Positions 29,110-44,132 of a stretch of DNA of 64,000 nucleotides are shown here, piece by piece. The DNA lies in the NCBI GenBank assembly GCA_951406725.2, contig OX597837.1:43896001-43960000 (forward strand), given 5' to 3'. The notes below the pieces were generated by a model. It made no database searches. It was given only the letters and a program-made list of their open reading frames with translations, and was not told where the DNA came from. How positions within the stretch are numbered: the stretch's first letter is position 1; each line of letters starts with the position of its first letter. The position numbers and the translations under genes are program-made. The DNA comes from Octopus vulgaris (Eukaryota).

Positions 29110-29149
29110 CTGTTTGAGTTTCATGCCGTGTTGTAGCTTTATCTTCTCC

Positions 29150-29600
29150 GTTCTCTATTCCTGAGAGAGTTGCAGGAGTCGAGGCCTCAGGCACCTCTTC
29201 CATAAGATCCTACCAGAAGTAACTGTCATTACACATTCCGGCTGGATTCCCAAGCAAGGACCATTTGAGACTATGCATCTTGTCGAACCATCTCACACTT
29301 TCGTTGTCCTTAGGTTTCCTGCAGGTTGGCACGGCTTCAAGAATCTGTCTTACGATTTTCTCTTTTTTTTCCGACGTCATTCTAATTTCACGCGCGAAGT
29401 ATCAGAGTTGTGACCTCACATTGCGGAGAAGTAGTCGCTTGATCTGGAAAGTCTTCCTGATCTCCGAGCTACGCGCCCTTTCGAGCGACATTATTCCTGA
29501 AGTTTTTCAGTGGAACCACATTACGGCCAGTTGTATTCGCGATCGTATTTTCATCCATTAACCAAAGAATGAGCAAGCAAACAAAATAAAGTGGTATTCA
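29150..29600 (-). pseudogene. Possible decayed LINE 3' fragment
   Basis: Higher-complexity island. Reverse strand gives ILEAVPTCRKPK and CLGIQPEC pieces reminiscent of the RTE/L2 ORF2 C-terminus. Confidence 0.35.
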
Positions 29601-30156
29601 ACGCATTTTGTCGGAGTTGCATATATATATATATATATATATATACACAAATATCCGCCAAACGTAAATACTTGTATAAAGAATTATCAGCTAATTGATT
29701 AAGTAATTAACTAGTTCATTAACCGATTACTTGTGAAATCGTTTCGATTCATCAAGAAATCAAGTCAGTTCAGCTCTAGAATAAACAAATCCCGAATTAT
29801 TGTGACGAAAGAACTCTGGGAAACTAACTGATTGTTTTTCTTTTCGAACGATTAAGGGAGGAATCAATTACTTGATTTGCTAATTCGGTAAACAATTTGA
29901 ATAATAATTAAGATAAAGTGAACTAGAAAAACAATGCGTGTGATTTTTACCGGCAAAAAAATGACTCCATCAACATACACCATCTGTTTCGGCACATGAC
30001 TTCACATCAACAAACTTACGAAAAGAATACAAAAATGGAATACACACACATACACACATGCACACACTCTACACATACACAAATATACATTAACATATAT
30101 ATATATACATATATATACATATATATATATACACGTATCTATGTAAGTATGTATAC

Positions 30157-30202
<46 letters not shown>

Positions 30203-30320
30203 ACACATATCTATCTATCTATATATATATATTTAAATATATATATGTATATAGATATATATATATATACATATATATACATGTATATATGTAAGTATGT
30301 ATACATATGTATATATATAC

Positions 30321-30406
<86 letters not shown>

Positions 30407-30409
30407 TTG

Positions 30410-30509
<100 letters not shown>

Positions 30510-31201
30510 TATACATGAGCTTTAGTAATGTTCTGTGAGTTTTCGCTTGAAACCTTCTTGCAACATTGTCTTTCTTGCTCATTGTCATTCGTCCTTGTTG
30601 TTTTCGTCTTTCTTCTTCTTGTTCCTCTTATTGTTGTTGCTTCTATTGCTATTGTTGTTATTGTCTCCTCATCGTGGTCGTCATCGTCGTCGTCTTTACT
30701 ACTGTTGTTGTTGTTATTGCTGTTATTGCTGTTTCTTGGTTTTTGCTTTTTGTTGCTGTTGTTGTTGTTGCTAATAGCATATATAAAACTCTTTGTCAAA
30801 AGCGATATTCAGTAAGAGAGAATGTGAAAGACCAAGTATAAAAGAATTCCTCGGCTTTATATATAAACGGAGAGAGTCTTCAACGCGGCGCTGTTGCAAA
30901 TGTCATGACATACCGTGCAGGGACAAAAATCAGATACTTACTTCTCTACAATCAAACTTCGTTCTGCTGCATTAACCGTTATATAAACCGTTATTTCCCA
31001 AGAGATACCGTAAACCACGCCTTGTGGGTATTTTATCTTCCTTTGACAAACACTTCAAATAAAAATTGATAAAAGTTTCATAACTATATCCTGTATTATA
31101 AATGTAGCGCGGTGTTTGGAGCGGTGAGGATATTACAAGGTTAAAAGAGAGCGTTATAGTATTTTTATTAAAAGTATTATAGAAATATATATATATACAT
31201 T

Positions 31202-31335
<134 letters not shown>

Positions 31336-31743
31336 GTATATATATATATTTATATATATATATATATACACAGAGAGAGGAGCCAAAATACTGGAGAATC
31401 AGTATACACCACATGCTATATATGTAAGTGTGTAGTCGAAGAACGCTAGTATTACTCAATAGTTGTGTATCCGTGTGTATTCTTTTACTTGTTTCAGTCA
31501 TTTGACTGCGGCCATGCAGGAGCACCACCTTTAGTCGAACGAAGCGATCGATCTCTGGACTTATTCTTTGTAAGCCTAGTACTTATTGTATCGGATTTTT
31601 GCCGAATTGCTAAGTTACGTGGACGTAAACACACCAACATCGGTGGTCGAGCATTGGGGGGGGACAGGCACACAAACATATACATATACATGTGGCGTTC
31701 AATCAAATATGCATGTATATACATATATATTTATTTATTTATT

Positions 31744-32045
31744 TACATATGCCTATACGGGTACAGGACGTCACCAACAGTAAACAACATGAAATACGAA
31801 AACAAATGAGTTCAATACGCAAACAACGAGAGAAAAAATGGAAAACAGGACAAGTAACATAAAGAACGACGCTTCCGAAATGAGGAATAGATAGACAACC
31901 GACAACTGATGAAGGGTCATTCTTTATGTTACTTGACCTGTTTTCCATTTGCTTCTCTCGATTTTTGAGTATTGAACTCATTTGTTTTCGTATTTCATGT
32001 GTTGCTTACTGATGGTGGCGTCCTGTACCCATATATGCATATGTA
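31744..32045. repeat. Fold-back element, ~130-bp inverted arms in AT microsatellite
   Basis: GGGTACAGGACG..CAAGTAACATAAAGAA versus TTCTTTATGTTACTTG..CGTCCTGTACCC. The ~35-bp spacer contains CGAAA and CTGATGA. Confidence 0.85.
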
Positions 32046-32210
32046 TATATATATGTATATATATGCATATATATATATATTATTTATATTATATAAATGT
32101 ACATACATACGTATGTATGTATAGTTCAAATTTACAGAAAACGAAAGACGAAAACAAGTGAAGGAACAACAAGCAGGTGTATCAGTTTATCGCTCGGGAA
32201 GATTGGAAAA

Positions 32211-32250
32211 TTCTTTGACGTTTCGAACCTACGCTCTTCGACAGAAAGGA
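32211..32250 (-). ncRNA. Minimal hammerhead-like motif with CTGTCGA core
   Basis: Reverse strand TCCTTT-CTGTCGA-AGAGCGTAGGTTC-GAAA-CG-TC-AAAGAA. Relatives at 61425-61460 (-) and 32775-32810 (+). Confidence 0.5.
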
Positions 32251-33493
32251 TTAAGAAGGAAAAAAGCGGAGAAAGAAAAAATGTGTCGAGATTAACGGTT
32301 CAACGACAGGCTTCTACACATTTTCCGTCTATCAAATTCACTCACAAAGCATTAGTCGTCCGTTGACTAAAGTAAAAGGATGTTGCTCAATGTGCTATGC
32401 TGTGGGGCCGAAACCGAAACCATGTGATTTGAAAGCGAGGAGTAGCTAGTGGTGAATGTTTTCTCTTGTATATGCTTGCTACCCAGAACAGCCAAAATAC
32501 GGCAAACATATGCTCAAAGGCTTTCCAGCCGTAACTGTCCCGACTTTCATGTGTTTATTGCAACTACCCTGCCTTGAGACTTCAATAATAATATTGCTAC
32601 GTTAAATGTATGTCTTATCCGGAGATGTAGTCTTCAGCATTGGTGATGTCCTGCTTGACTGGGATGAAACCCAACATACACGATAGAGCTGTTTTAATAT
32701 GGAAAACCGTTAATCCAGACACGTTTTGTTTTGTTCTTCGTTTACTTTAGTTTCTCTATTGTTTCCTTTCCTTATTCCTTTCTGTCAAAGCGCGTAAGCC
32801 CGAAATGTTTTGAACCATATATTACTACATAGCCAGATACCAGCTCCGACCAACAGCAAAAGTTGACGATATTCAATGACAGTTTTTAACAGTGATGCAA
32901 GGAAAGATATTTAGGAGAACGACAGTCGACTAAATCGATTATTTGATTCGTACATTTTATCATCGATCTGACGAGGTTGAAAAGAAAAGTTAACCTCAGC
33001 GGGATTTGAACTCAGAACGTAAAAAATCCATAACAAACTACCTAGACATTTCGTCCAACATTGTAACGAATCTGCCAGTCTGCAATCCTTAATAATCATT
33101 TCAAACACATGTAAAAGGGGTGATTTAGGGAGAAGGGGTTAGTTAATTTAATCTACTCAAGTTCTTTATTTTATCGAGCCCAAGAAAGATAAAACGCAAA
33201 GTCGACCTTGGCAAGATTTGAATTTAGAACGTAAAGTGATAAAACAAACACAGAGTTCTACAGATTTTGCCATCCATCGCCCTCACACTCAGATAAATAT
33301 ATATATAATTATACATACATAGGAATGGCGCAGGAGTGGCTGTGTGGTAGCTTGTTTACTAACTAGATGGTTCCGGGTTCAGTCCTACTGCGTGGTACCA
33401 TGGACAAGTATCTTCTGCTATAGCCTCGGGCCGACCAAATCCTTCTGGGTGGATTTGGTAGACGGAAATTAAAAGAAGCTCGTCGTATATTCG

Positions 33494-33601
<108 letters not shown>

Positions 33602-33827
33602 CGTATGTGTGTGTGTTTGTGTGTCTGTGTTTGTCACCCCAACAACCGATGCTGGTGTGTTTACCCGTAACTTAGCAGTTCGGCAAAATAGACCGATAGA
33701 ATAAGTACTAGGCTTATAAAGTTCTGGGGCTCGATTTGCTCGACTAAAGGTGGTGTTCCAGCATGGCTGCAGTCAAATATCTAAAACAAGTAATAGAATT
33801 TTAGAAATACGTGTATATATGTATGTA

Positions 33828-33870
<43 letters not shown>

Positions 33871-33943
33871 GTATCTGTGTACATATAAACGCAAACGCAC
33901 ACATGACTAAATGTGTAAATGTCTCTTCATACATGTATGTACG

Positions 33944-34003
<60 letters not shown>

Positions 34004-34389
34004 GTTTGCCCTCTTGTGTTGCGTTGCTTGTCTTGTATATCAACGACATTAGCGAGAGATGTTATCGGCCAGGTTTGTAAATAAAGCTACGAGTTTAATA
34101 AAGGAGAACATATATAGATTGCTATTTCTGCAAGGGTCGTCTACTGTTGAGCGTGGCGATGGCGACGACGGTGACGATGGTAAATGGCGATGGTGTGGAC
34201 GGCGAGGAGGAGGAGGAAGAGGAGGAAGAGGCGGGGAAGAATCGGGGTGGGGTAATGGGAGTTGGGGTGTTGATGATGACGACGATGGTAGCTATATGCG
34301 ATGGGGTCGACGAGGAAGAGGAGGAAAAGGAAGAGAAGGAGGACGAGGAAGAGTAGGAGGCGGGGGAGGGGTGGTGTGGTGGGGCTGTT

Positions 34390-34415
34390 GTTGATAATGA
34401 TGATGATGATGATGC

Positions 34416-34489
<74 letters not shown>

Positions 34490-34561
34490 CGTGGTGGTGG
34501 TGGTGGTGGTGGTGGTGGTGATGATGATGACGCTGATGGTGGTGATGATGACGATGATGAA

Positions 34562-34615
<54 letters not shown>

Positions 34616-34694
34616 GATGATTTCAGCGTGGGTACTCGTGGTTGGTGGTTGTGGTCGTGGTTGTGATCGTGATCGTGACGATGATGATGATGAC

Positions 34695-34742
<48 letters not shown>

Positions 34743-34840
34743 ATGATGGTGGTGGTGATGATGACGATAATGATGATGGTGATGATTTCAGCGTTGGTAC
34801 TAGTAGTTAGTGATCGTAGTCGTGGTCGTGGTGATGATGC

Positions 34841-34911
<71 letters not shown>

Positions 34912-34915
34912 GTAA
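34390..34915. repeat. (GAT)n/(GGT)n compound trinucleotide block
   Basis: Directly visible; the spacer GGTGATGATTTCAGCGT.GGTACT occurs twice (~34613 and ~34778). Confidence 0.95.
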
Positions 34916-35140
34916 TAGTGAATGTGATGGCGATGGTGTTTGTAAAGAAGAAAAAGAGAGAAAAAAGCCTTTTTACAATTGTAATATCCGTTTCTTCTCA
35001 GCCACCAGAAATAGACAAGGTTGTTGGTCAGAACGAATCGTGAGCGTGTGGCAGCGTGTGTGTGTGTGTGTGTATATGTGTGTGTATATGCGTGTATGTG
35101 TATATATAGTCGTGTGAGTGCGTGTGTATGTAATTGTTTG

Positions 35141-35174
<34 letters not shown>

Positions 35175-35263
35175 CGCACTAATGTCTACATATATGCATG
35201 CATTAATGCATGTACATGCGTCGGAAAAGTGTAACTGAGGAATGTAGAATAAGTTATCTTCTT

Positions 35264-35297
<34 letters not shown>

Positions 35298-35302
35298 TAT
35301 AC

Positions 35303-35346
<44 letters not shown>

Positions 35347-35357
35347 ACGTGTATATA

Positions 35358-35495
<138 letters not shown>

Positions 35496-36362
35496 TTTGC
35501 CACTGCATATATCTGACAATATATGTTCTATGTAGTATATCTATGACCATATATATACATTTACATATATATATATATATGTGTGTGTATGTAAATATAT
35601 GTGCGTGTGTGTATATATACATATATATATAGAGGTATGTATGTGTATGTATGTATATATATATATACATATATATATATACATATATATATATACATAC
35701 ATATTTATGTACATATATATATATATATATACTGTATATGCATGTATATGAATACATGCATGGAGAGACATGTGTGTGTACGTATGTACGCATGTACGTA
35801 TGTATGTATGTTTGTATGTATGTATGTATGTATGTATGTATGTATGTATGTATGTATGTATGTATGTATGTATGTATGTTTGCATGTATGTATGTGTGTA
35901 TGTATGTATGTATATATGTTCCTGGGCAAGATGGAAATGATGTCGTTAGAAAGCAATGTTTTAACCTGAAGCATAAAACAGTGTGAATAAGTTCTGCACA
36001 TTGTCGCTAGGTGGCAGGACATTCTCCAGAATAAGAGAAAGAGGGAGAGATAAAATACACGACACACATATTCACTCTCTCACACATACGCGCACACACA
36101 CACACACACATACACACACTTATGTATCTGTATATATGTGTGTGTGTGTGTGTATGTATGTGTGTGTTAGTCCACTTGCATATGTAATCGCATGCACACA
36201 CTAAATAAAACACATCGTACACTGATCCTCAGATAGATACAAGCTTGCTTAAAGGCAAATACATATTCACACGTAAATAGTTGAGTATATATACATATAT
36301 ATTCACAGACGCACAAGAACACATGCACACTCATATACTTACACACACATATACACACACAC

Positions 36363-36410
<48 letters not shown>

Positions 36411-36423
36411 TATAATATATATA

Positions 36424-36477
<54 letters not shown>

Positions 36478-37679
36478 TGAGAGACAGAGAGACAGAGCGA
36501 GAGAGGAAAGAACGAGAAATAGATAGATAGATATATAGACAGATAGACACAGAGAGAGATAATATAGATATACGATACGTAAACGCATTTGTGTGTAGCT
36601 GTATACATATATATATACACACACAAATACTCAATGCAGATATTCGTACACGCATGCATATGCGTACATATGTACATGCACACGTGCAAGCGTGTATATA
36701 GGCACACATGCTCATAGCACGTTAGTGTGAAGGCATTAAAGCATACTTAGAAATCATACACTACACATTCTATACATTATTCACTTAGACAAACACTGTA
36801 CACATATGCATACGTTATAAAGATAGGCGCAGGAGTGGCTGTGTGGTAAGTAGCTTGCTTACCAACCACATGGTTCTGGGTTCAGTCCCACTGCATGGCA
36901 CCTTGGGCAAGTGTCTTCTACTATAGCCTCGGGCCGACCAAAGCCATGTGAGTGGATTTGGTAGACGGAAACTAAAAGAAGCCCGTCGTATATGTGTATA
37001 AATATGGGTGTGTGTGTGTGTGTGTGTTGTGTGTTTGTGTGTGTCTGTATTTGTCCACCAACATCGCTTGACAACCATTGGCTGATGTGTTTACGTCCCC
37101 GTAACTTAGCGGTTCGGCAATAGAGACCGATAGAATAAGTACTAGGCTTCCAAAGAATAAGTCCTGGGGTCGATTTGCTTGACTAAAGGCGGTGCTCCAG
37201 CATGGCCACAGTCAAAATGACTGAAACAAATAAAAGAGTAAAAGAATATATATATATATATGATGGTATTGATATAACTACACCACTAGACCATGAATGA
37301 CGTTACTGAACCGTGGGATGCATGCATTTCTGCATCGTTACGCTTCATCAGCTACGCATACCGAGCCGTCGATCATGGCCATTGAGATCTGGTCGGTCTT
37401 ATATTAGAATAGCCAATGGTTCATTTGCCTAAGTGTGAAAGGCTCTTTTAAACTGGAATAATAAATTAATCAGATGCGCACAAATCAGTTTTCAATAAAA
37501 TGTAGTTGTGTGGTCTTATTTCACGTGTTCGAGTACATTCGGACACGGTAAGTAAGTACGCTGCACAAATGGTCTCGAGTGAAGAAATTCTTTTAATAGA
37601 CAATAGGGTTACGTTTACACCTATTTGTCAATGTGGGGAAAGTCCTATTTGTTTATGAAGATGATGATAAGAATAATCT

Positions 37680-38926
37680 TTTCTATTCTAGGTACAAGGC
37701 CAGAAATTTTGGAGGAGAGGGCCAGTCGATGAGATCGACTCCAGTGCATAACTGGTACTTAATTTATCGACCCCGAAAGGATGAAAGGTAAAGTCTACCT
37801 CGGCGGAATTTGAACTCAGAACGTAACGGCAGACGAAATACCTATTTCTTTACTACCCACAAGGGGCTAAACACAGAGAGGACAAACAAGGACAGACAAA
37901 GGTATTAAGTCGATTACATCGACCCAGTGTGTAACTGGTACTTAATTTATCGACCCCGAAAGGATGAAAGGTAAAGTCGACCTCGGCGGAATTTGAACTC
38001 AGAACGTAACGGCAGACGAATTACCTATTTCTTTACTACCCACAAGGGGCTAAACACAGAGAGGACAAGCAAGGACAGAGAAAAGGATTAAGTCGATTAC
38101 ATCGACCCAGTTCGTAACTGGTACTTAATTTATTGACCCCGAAAGGATGAAAGGCAAAGTCGACCTCGGTGGAATTTGAACTCAGAACGTAACGGCAGAC
38201 GAGTTACCTATTTCTTTACTACCCACAAGGGGCTAAACACAGAGAGGACAAACAAGGACAGAGAAAAGGATTAAGTCGATTATATCGACCCCAGTGCGTA
38301 ACTGGTACTTATTTAATCGACCCCGAAAGGATGAAAGGTAAAGTCGACCTCGGCGGAATTTGAACTCAGAACGTAACGGCAGACGAAATACCTATTTTTT
38401 TACTACCCACAAGGGGCTAAACACAGAGGGGACAAACAAGGACAGACATAGGTATTAAGTCGATTACATCGACCCAGTTCGTAACTGGTACTTAATTTAT
38501 TGACCCCGAAAGGATGAAAGGCAAAGTCGACCTCGGCGGAATTTGAACTCAGAACGTAACGGCAGACGAATTACCTATTTCTTTACTACACACAAGGGGC
38601 TAAACACAGAGAGGACAAACAAGGACAGAGAAAAGGATTAAGTCGATTATATCGACCCCAGTGCGTAACTGGTACTTATTTAATCGACCCCGAAAGGATG
38701 AAAGGTAAAGTAGAACTCGGCGGAATTTGAACTCAGAACGTTAACGGCAGACGAAATACCTATTTTTTTACTACCCACAAGGGGCTAAACACAGAGGGGA
38801 CAAACAAGGACAGACATAGGTATTAAGTCGATTACATCGACCCAGTTCGTAACTGGTACTTAATTTATTGACAAATACCGCTGAGCATTTCGCCCGGCGT
38901 GCTAACGATTCTGCCAGCTCGCCGCC
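37680..38926 (-). mobile_element. Nin/Deu-like SINE with about six tandem ~183-bp body units
   Basis: Reverse complement of the array type at 187-1060, with a single head at about 38870-38926. Confidence 0.85.
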
Positions 38927-39399
38927 TCATGTGACTTCTAAGGCCGACATCCGACGCACAGTTACGGTTGCAGATCGGGCAAGAAACACCGCTTATGGGG
39001 AGAAGAGCAGACGTCTTTTAATGTTTCTCTCATGGTCTGCCCTGGGGCGCTGCATACGGCATTTGCTTTGAAAGTTGTTGGCTGCCTTGGAGCGTGGGCT
39101 GTGCCTTGCATCTTGCAGCAATGAGATAAAGTACTCGGCAAGTACTTGGAACACTCTGTACTCTCCCAAAATACTGAAGCCTGGTGCCAGAGTTAGAAAT
39201 CTTCTCTATTATCATTTCCGCAACTGCCTCCATTGTAGTTGCCGATCCATTAATTAACGGACAAAGCTAAATTTTTAATTCTACGATTAATTATCATCAA
39301 CGAACGCTTCATCTACCATAATTTTCTCGTCTAATTTGAAATGAGAACATTGTTGCCTTAATGGGTTAATATGGCGACATCTCTGGTGTTCTTCAAATA

Positions 39400-40475
39400 A
39401 CGTTGTCGTTGATGTTGTTGTTTCTGTTGTAGCTGTTGTTGTTGTTGTTCTTCTTCTTCTTGTTCTTCTTCTCCTCCTTCTTCTTCTTCCTTTTCCTCCT
39501 CTTTTTTCTCTTCTTTTCTTCCTCTTCCCCTTCTTCTCCTCCTTATCCTTCTTCTTCTTCTTCTTCTTCTTCTTCTTCTTCTTCTTCTTCTCCTTCTCCT
39601 TCTCCTTTTTCTTCTTCTTCTTCTTGTACTCCTCCTCCTCCTCCTCCTCCTTCTTCTTCTTCTTCTTCTTCTTCCCTTTCTCCTCCTCCTCCTCTTCTTC
39701 TCCTCCTTCTTCTTGCTACTGCTGTTCTTCTTGCTGCGGCCGCTGTTGTTGTTGTTGTTGTTATTGTTGCTGTTCTTCTTTGTCTTCTTTTCTTCTTCTT
39801 CGTTCTTTTCTACTTTTCTCCTTCTCCTTCTTCTTCTTCTTCTTCTTCTTCTTCTTCTTCTTCCTTTTCCTCCTCTTTTTCCTCTTCTTTTTCTTCCTCT
39901 TCCCCTTCTTCTTCTTCTTTCTTTTCTTCTTTTCTCCTTCTTCTTCTTCTTGCTGCGGCCGCTGCTGTTGTTGTTGTTCTTCTTCTTGTTGCTATTGTCA
40001 TTATCCCTGTTGACACATTCTTTATTATTGTTATTGCTACTCTTTCCTTTTCGGCCTCTTTCTTCATTTGCGGTTTTTTTTTTCTATTTTAACGGATTAA
40101 TATGGCGACATCTCTGCTGGTCTTCAACTAATTGTTGCTGTTGTTGTTGTTGTTGTTATCGACGCAGTCTTTATTGATACTGTTACGGTGCACAATTACT
40201 CTTCCCTTCATCTTATTTTTTCTTTCTTCTTCTTTTTCTTCTTCTTCTTCTTCTTCTTCTTCTTCTTCTTCTTCTTCCTTTTCCTCCTCTTTTTCCGCTT
40301 CTTTTTCTTCCTCTTCCCCTTCTTCTTCTTCCTCTTCCCCTTCTTCTTCTACTTCTTCACCTTCTTCCTTTTCTTCCTCTTTTTCCTCTTCTTTTTCTTC
40401 CTCTTCCCCTTCTTCTTCTTCTTCTTCTTTTTCTTTCTCTTTCTCTTTTTTCTTCTTCTTCTATTACTACTACTT

Positions 40476-40520
<45 letters not shown>

Positions 40521-40616
40521 TTACTACCTCCTCCTCTTCTTCTTTTCGTTTTCTTCTTGCTCTTCTTCTTCTTCTTCTATTACTACTACTACTACTACTA
40601 CTACTACTATTATTAT

Positions 40617-40673
<57 letters not shown>

Positions 40674-40690
40674 ATTTTCTTCTTCTTTCG
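39400..40690. repeat. (TTC)n/(TCC)n/(GTT)n/(TAC)n low-complexity block with internal duplication
   Basis: TTAATATGGCGACATCTCTG recurs at about 39366 and 40097. Confidence 0.92.
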
Positions 40691-41079
40691 GTTCTCCTTA
40701 TCTTATTAGAAAACATATTCTTTAATTAGCCGCACCAAAATCTCCTGTTAATGGCGGGGAACCGTCTTCACTTCCAACAAATTACCGAAATAATGGCAAC
40801 CAGTTCCAAGCAGCCATAACTACAGATTTTGGTTCTTTTGATGTTAATTGAGTACTTACAGAATTGAAGAATTCATGTTGCAGGGTTATAGATTTTGCCT
40901 GCCAGAAATTAATGAAGAGTTCCTTTTCATTTCAACCAATGTTTATTCCAAAACTTCTCTTTCGTCGTCGCAGACTTTGTTTTCTACAAAACTTCGTCAA
41001 TTTTTCAACAGACCCTGCTCTCCTTTTCTATGCCCTATCTCTCTTTCTCTGGCTCTCCCTTTCTCTTTCTTACTCTCCC

Positions 41080-41195
<116 letters not shown>

Positions 41196-41197
41196 AA

Positions 41198-41278
<81 letters not shown>

Positions 41279-41854
41279 ATGTCAGCTTCATACCACATCA
41301 TCTCTCTCTCCCTCTCTCTTTGGTTCTCTTTCTCTCCCTCTTCCTCTTTTCTCTTCTCCTTCCCTTCTCTTCCCCTAGTTTTGCAGTTTTATCATTCTCT
41401 TTCAATTTCATTGTACTACTACTACTACTACAACTGGAGGCGCAATGGCCCAGTGGTTAGGGAAGCGGACTCGCGGTCGGAGGATCGCGGTTTCGATTCC
41501 CACACCGGGCGTTGTGTGTTTATTGAGCAAAAACACCTAAAAGCTTCACGAGGCTCCGGTAGGGGGTGGTGACGACCCCTGTTGTACTCTTTCGCCGCAA
41601 CTTTCTCTCACTCTCTCTATCTATTTTTTGAGTACCACGGCGATGGACTGGCATCCCGTCCAGCTGGGGGGGGGGGACATACGCCACAGAAACCGGGAAA
41701 CCGGACCCATGAGCCTGGCTAGGCTTCAAAAGGGCGACGTTTATCGTTTTTTTTTACTACTACTACTATTACTACCACCACCACTACTACTACTACAGCT
41801 GCTGGAGCAACTTCTAGCAGCAGCAACAACAGCAGCAGCAACGGCAGCAGAATT

Positions 41855-41930
<76 letters not shown>

Positions 41931-42618
41931 ATAGTGGTGGTAGCGGTGGAAACTGCAAATCATCAATTACTCCTGCTGCGGCTGCTGCTGCTGCTACGGC
42001 TGTTGCTGCTGCCGTTGTCCCTGCTGCTGCTTCTGCGGCTGCTGCACGCGCAATGACCACGAGATGTATCGTTAGCATATCTTCATCTTCTAATTTGTTT
42101 GTGTCTGCAGCAATTCTCATTGGTCAAGAAACGTTGGCTGATGGTCATCTTATAATCTATAATTAAGATGACCATCACGTCTCTTGAAATACTTATTTCC
42201 TAAGTCACTGCTGTCACAAACACCGCAATCTTTTCCCGATTTCGGGTTTCGGGTTTCTTTGATCGAAATAATTTTTTTTATTTCTTTAATTAGATATTTA
42301 GATTCGGAAATTGATATGAAGACTTTGAAAGAAGACAGTCCCGAGGGGAGAAGGAGCGGGAGAGAGAAGAGGAGAGGCGAATATTTATGTGCGTGTATGT
42401 GTGTATTTATATACATACACACACACACACATATATATGTATGTATATACGTATGTATGTATGTATGTACGTATGTATGTATGTATGTATGTATGTATGT
42501 ATGTATGTATGTATCTATCTATCTATCTATCTATCTATGCATATATGTGTGTATGTATGTATGTATGTATGTATATATGTATGTATGCACGCATGCATGT
42601 ATGTATGTATGTATGTAC

Positions 42619-42649
<31 letters not shown>

Positions 42650-44132
42650 TGTATGTATGTATGTATGTATGTATGCATGTATGTATGTATGTATGTTATG
42701 TATGTATGTATGTATGTATGTATGTATGTACATATGTATATATGTATGTATGTATGCATGTATGTATGTATATATGTTATGTATGTATGTATGTATGTAT
42801 GTATCTATCTATCTATCTATCTATCTATGCATATATGTGTGTATGTATGTATGTATGTATGTATGTATGTATGTTCTCTTTTTAATTCAGAATTTTGACC
42901 GGTCACTTACTTGGTAGCAAGGTATCTTCTTTTAACCCTCATTCTTTAAATCTTAAGGCCTTGCAGATTTTTATAATCCCAGATATCGTAATCGTTTGTA
43001 GCAATTGAATTAAGGATTTGCGTCCTTTCCCCAAGATCCCAATTTCAGTGATACATTGCTCCAGACTGGTTGGTACATAATCTTATTGCTCCAAGAGCAA
43101 TAGGTACGAAGCTGAAAGTGTATATTGGGTACTGAATTTGCAAATTCCTTATCAATCCTTAGATGCCGTCATTCTTTTGTATTTTTCTAACCACGTTCGT
43201 TGTTTGTTCCTTCTCGAGCCATGCCTGGCTCATAAGGGCCGGTCTCCCGGTTTCTTGGCGTATAGGTTCCCCACCTGGACGGGACTGCCGGTCCATCGCA
43301 GGTGAGCTGCAAGATGCAGGAGGAAAGAGTGAGATAAAGTTATGGCGAAAGAGTCAGCAGAAGTTTCGCCATTACCTTCTGCCGGGACCACGTGGAGCTT
43401 AGGTGTTTCGCTCATAAACACACACATCAGTGCATGACATTTGTTCTTTGTCCCTCTAAGCAATATCAAGTCTTTTATGTTTGCACCGAACCCTTTTTCT
43501 TTATTCAGGCATTGTGTACCTAAGGCTAGTTTATATTTTATCAATGTTTCCAACCTGTCTTTATATAGAGGGAAGGAAATGAGATTCATGAAATATTTGG
43601 TTGTTATTTGTAGCAGATCAAGCAACCACATTGAACCATCTTCGTTGAGTAGAAATCTTATGTACCCAATTTACTTGCGATTAATGCAAGAAATTTCATC
43701 CAACATATCCGGGTGGAAATAGAAGAGGGTAGCATTATACTCAAATATAGAAAAGAAAAAGGATGGACAATTCGCACCCTTCTTGACAGGGAGGAAAGAA
43801 ATCCTTTGATCTTTCTAACACGTGCGGGCATTGTGTGCAATCTGTTATTTGTAGGCGCAGGAGTGGCCTTGTGGTAAGAAGTTTGCTTCCCAGCTACATG
43901 GTTCCGCGTTCAAACCCACCGCTTGGCATCTTGGCCGACCAAAGACTTGTGAGTGGATTTGGTAAACGGAAATTGTGGAAGCCCATCGTGTATGTATGTA
44001 TGCGTATATGTATGTATGTCATTATTCAATTTCATTTCAAGATTTCTTCCCGATAGGGAAAGAACCGGTTTCTAACCTAGATCCAAGGCTCCTTCAATGG
44101 AATTTCAACATCAACAACAGGGTATTTCTGTT

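Noticed and set aside
30524-30568. Hammerhead-like AATGTT-CTGTGA...GAAAC...AACATT
   Set aside because: The core lacks a base, and stems II and III do not pair convincingly.
41719-42428. Ala/Leu-rich ORFs and adjacent unique sequence
   Set aside because: Driven by CAG/TAG/CTG triplets, with no recognisable domain or splice-consistent model.
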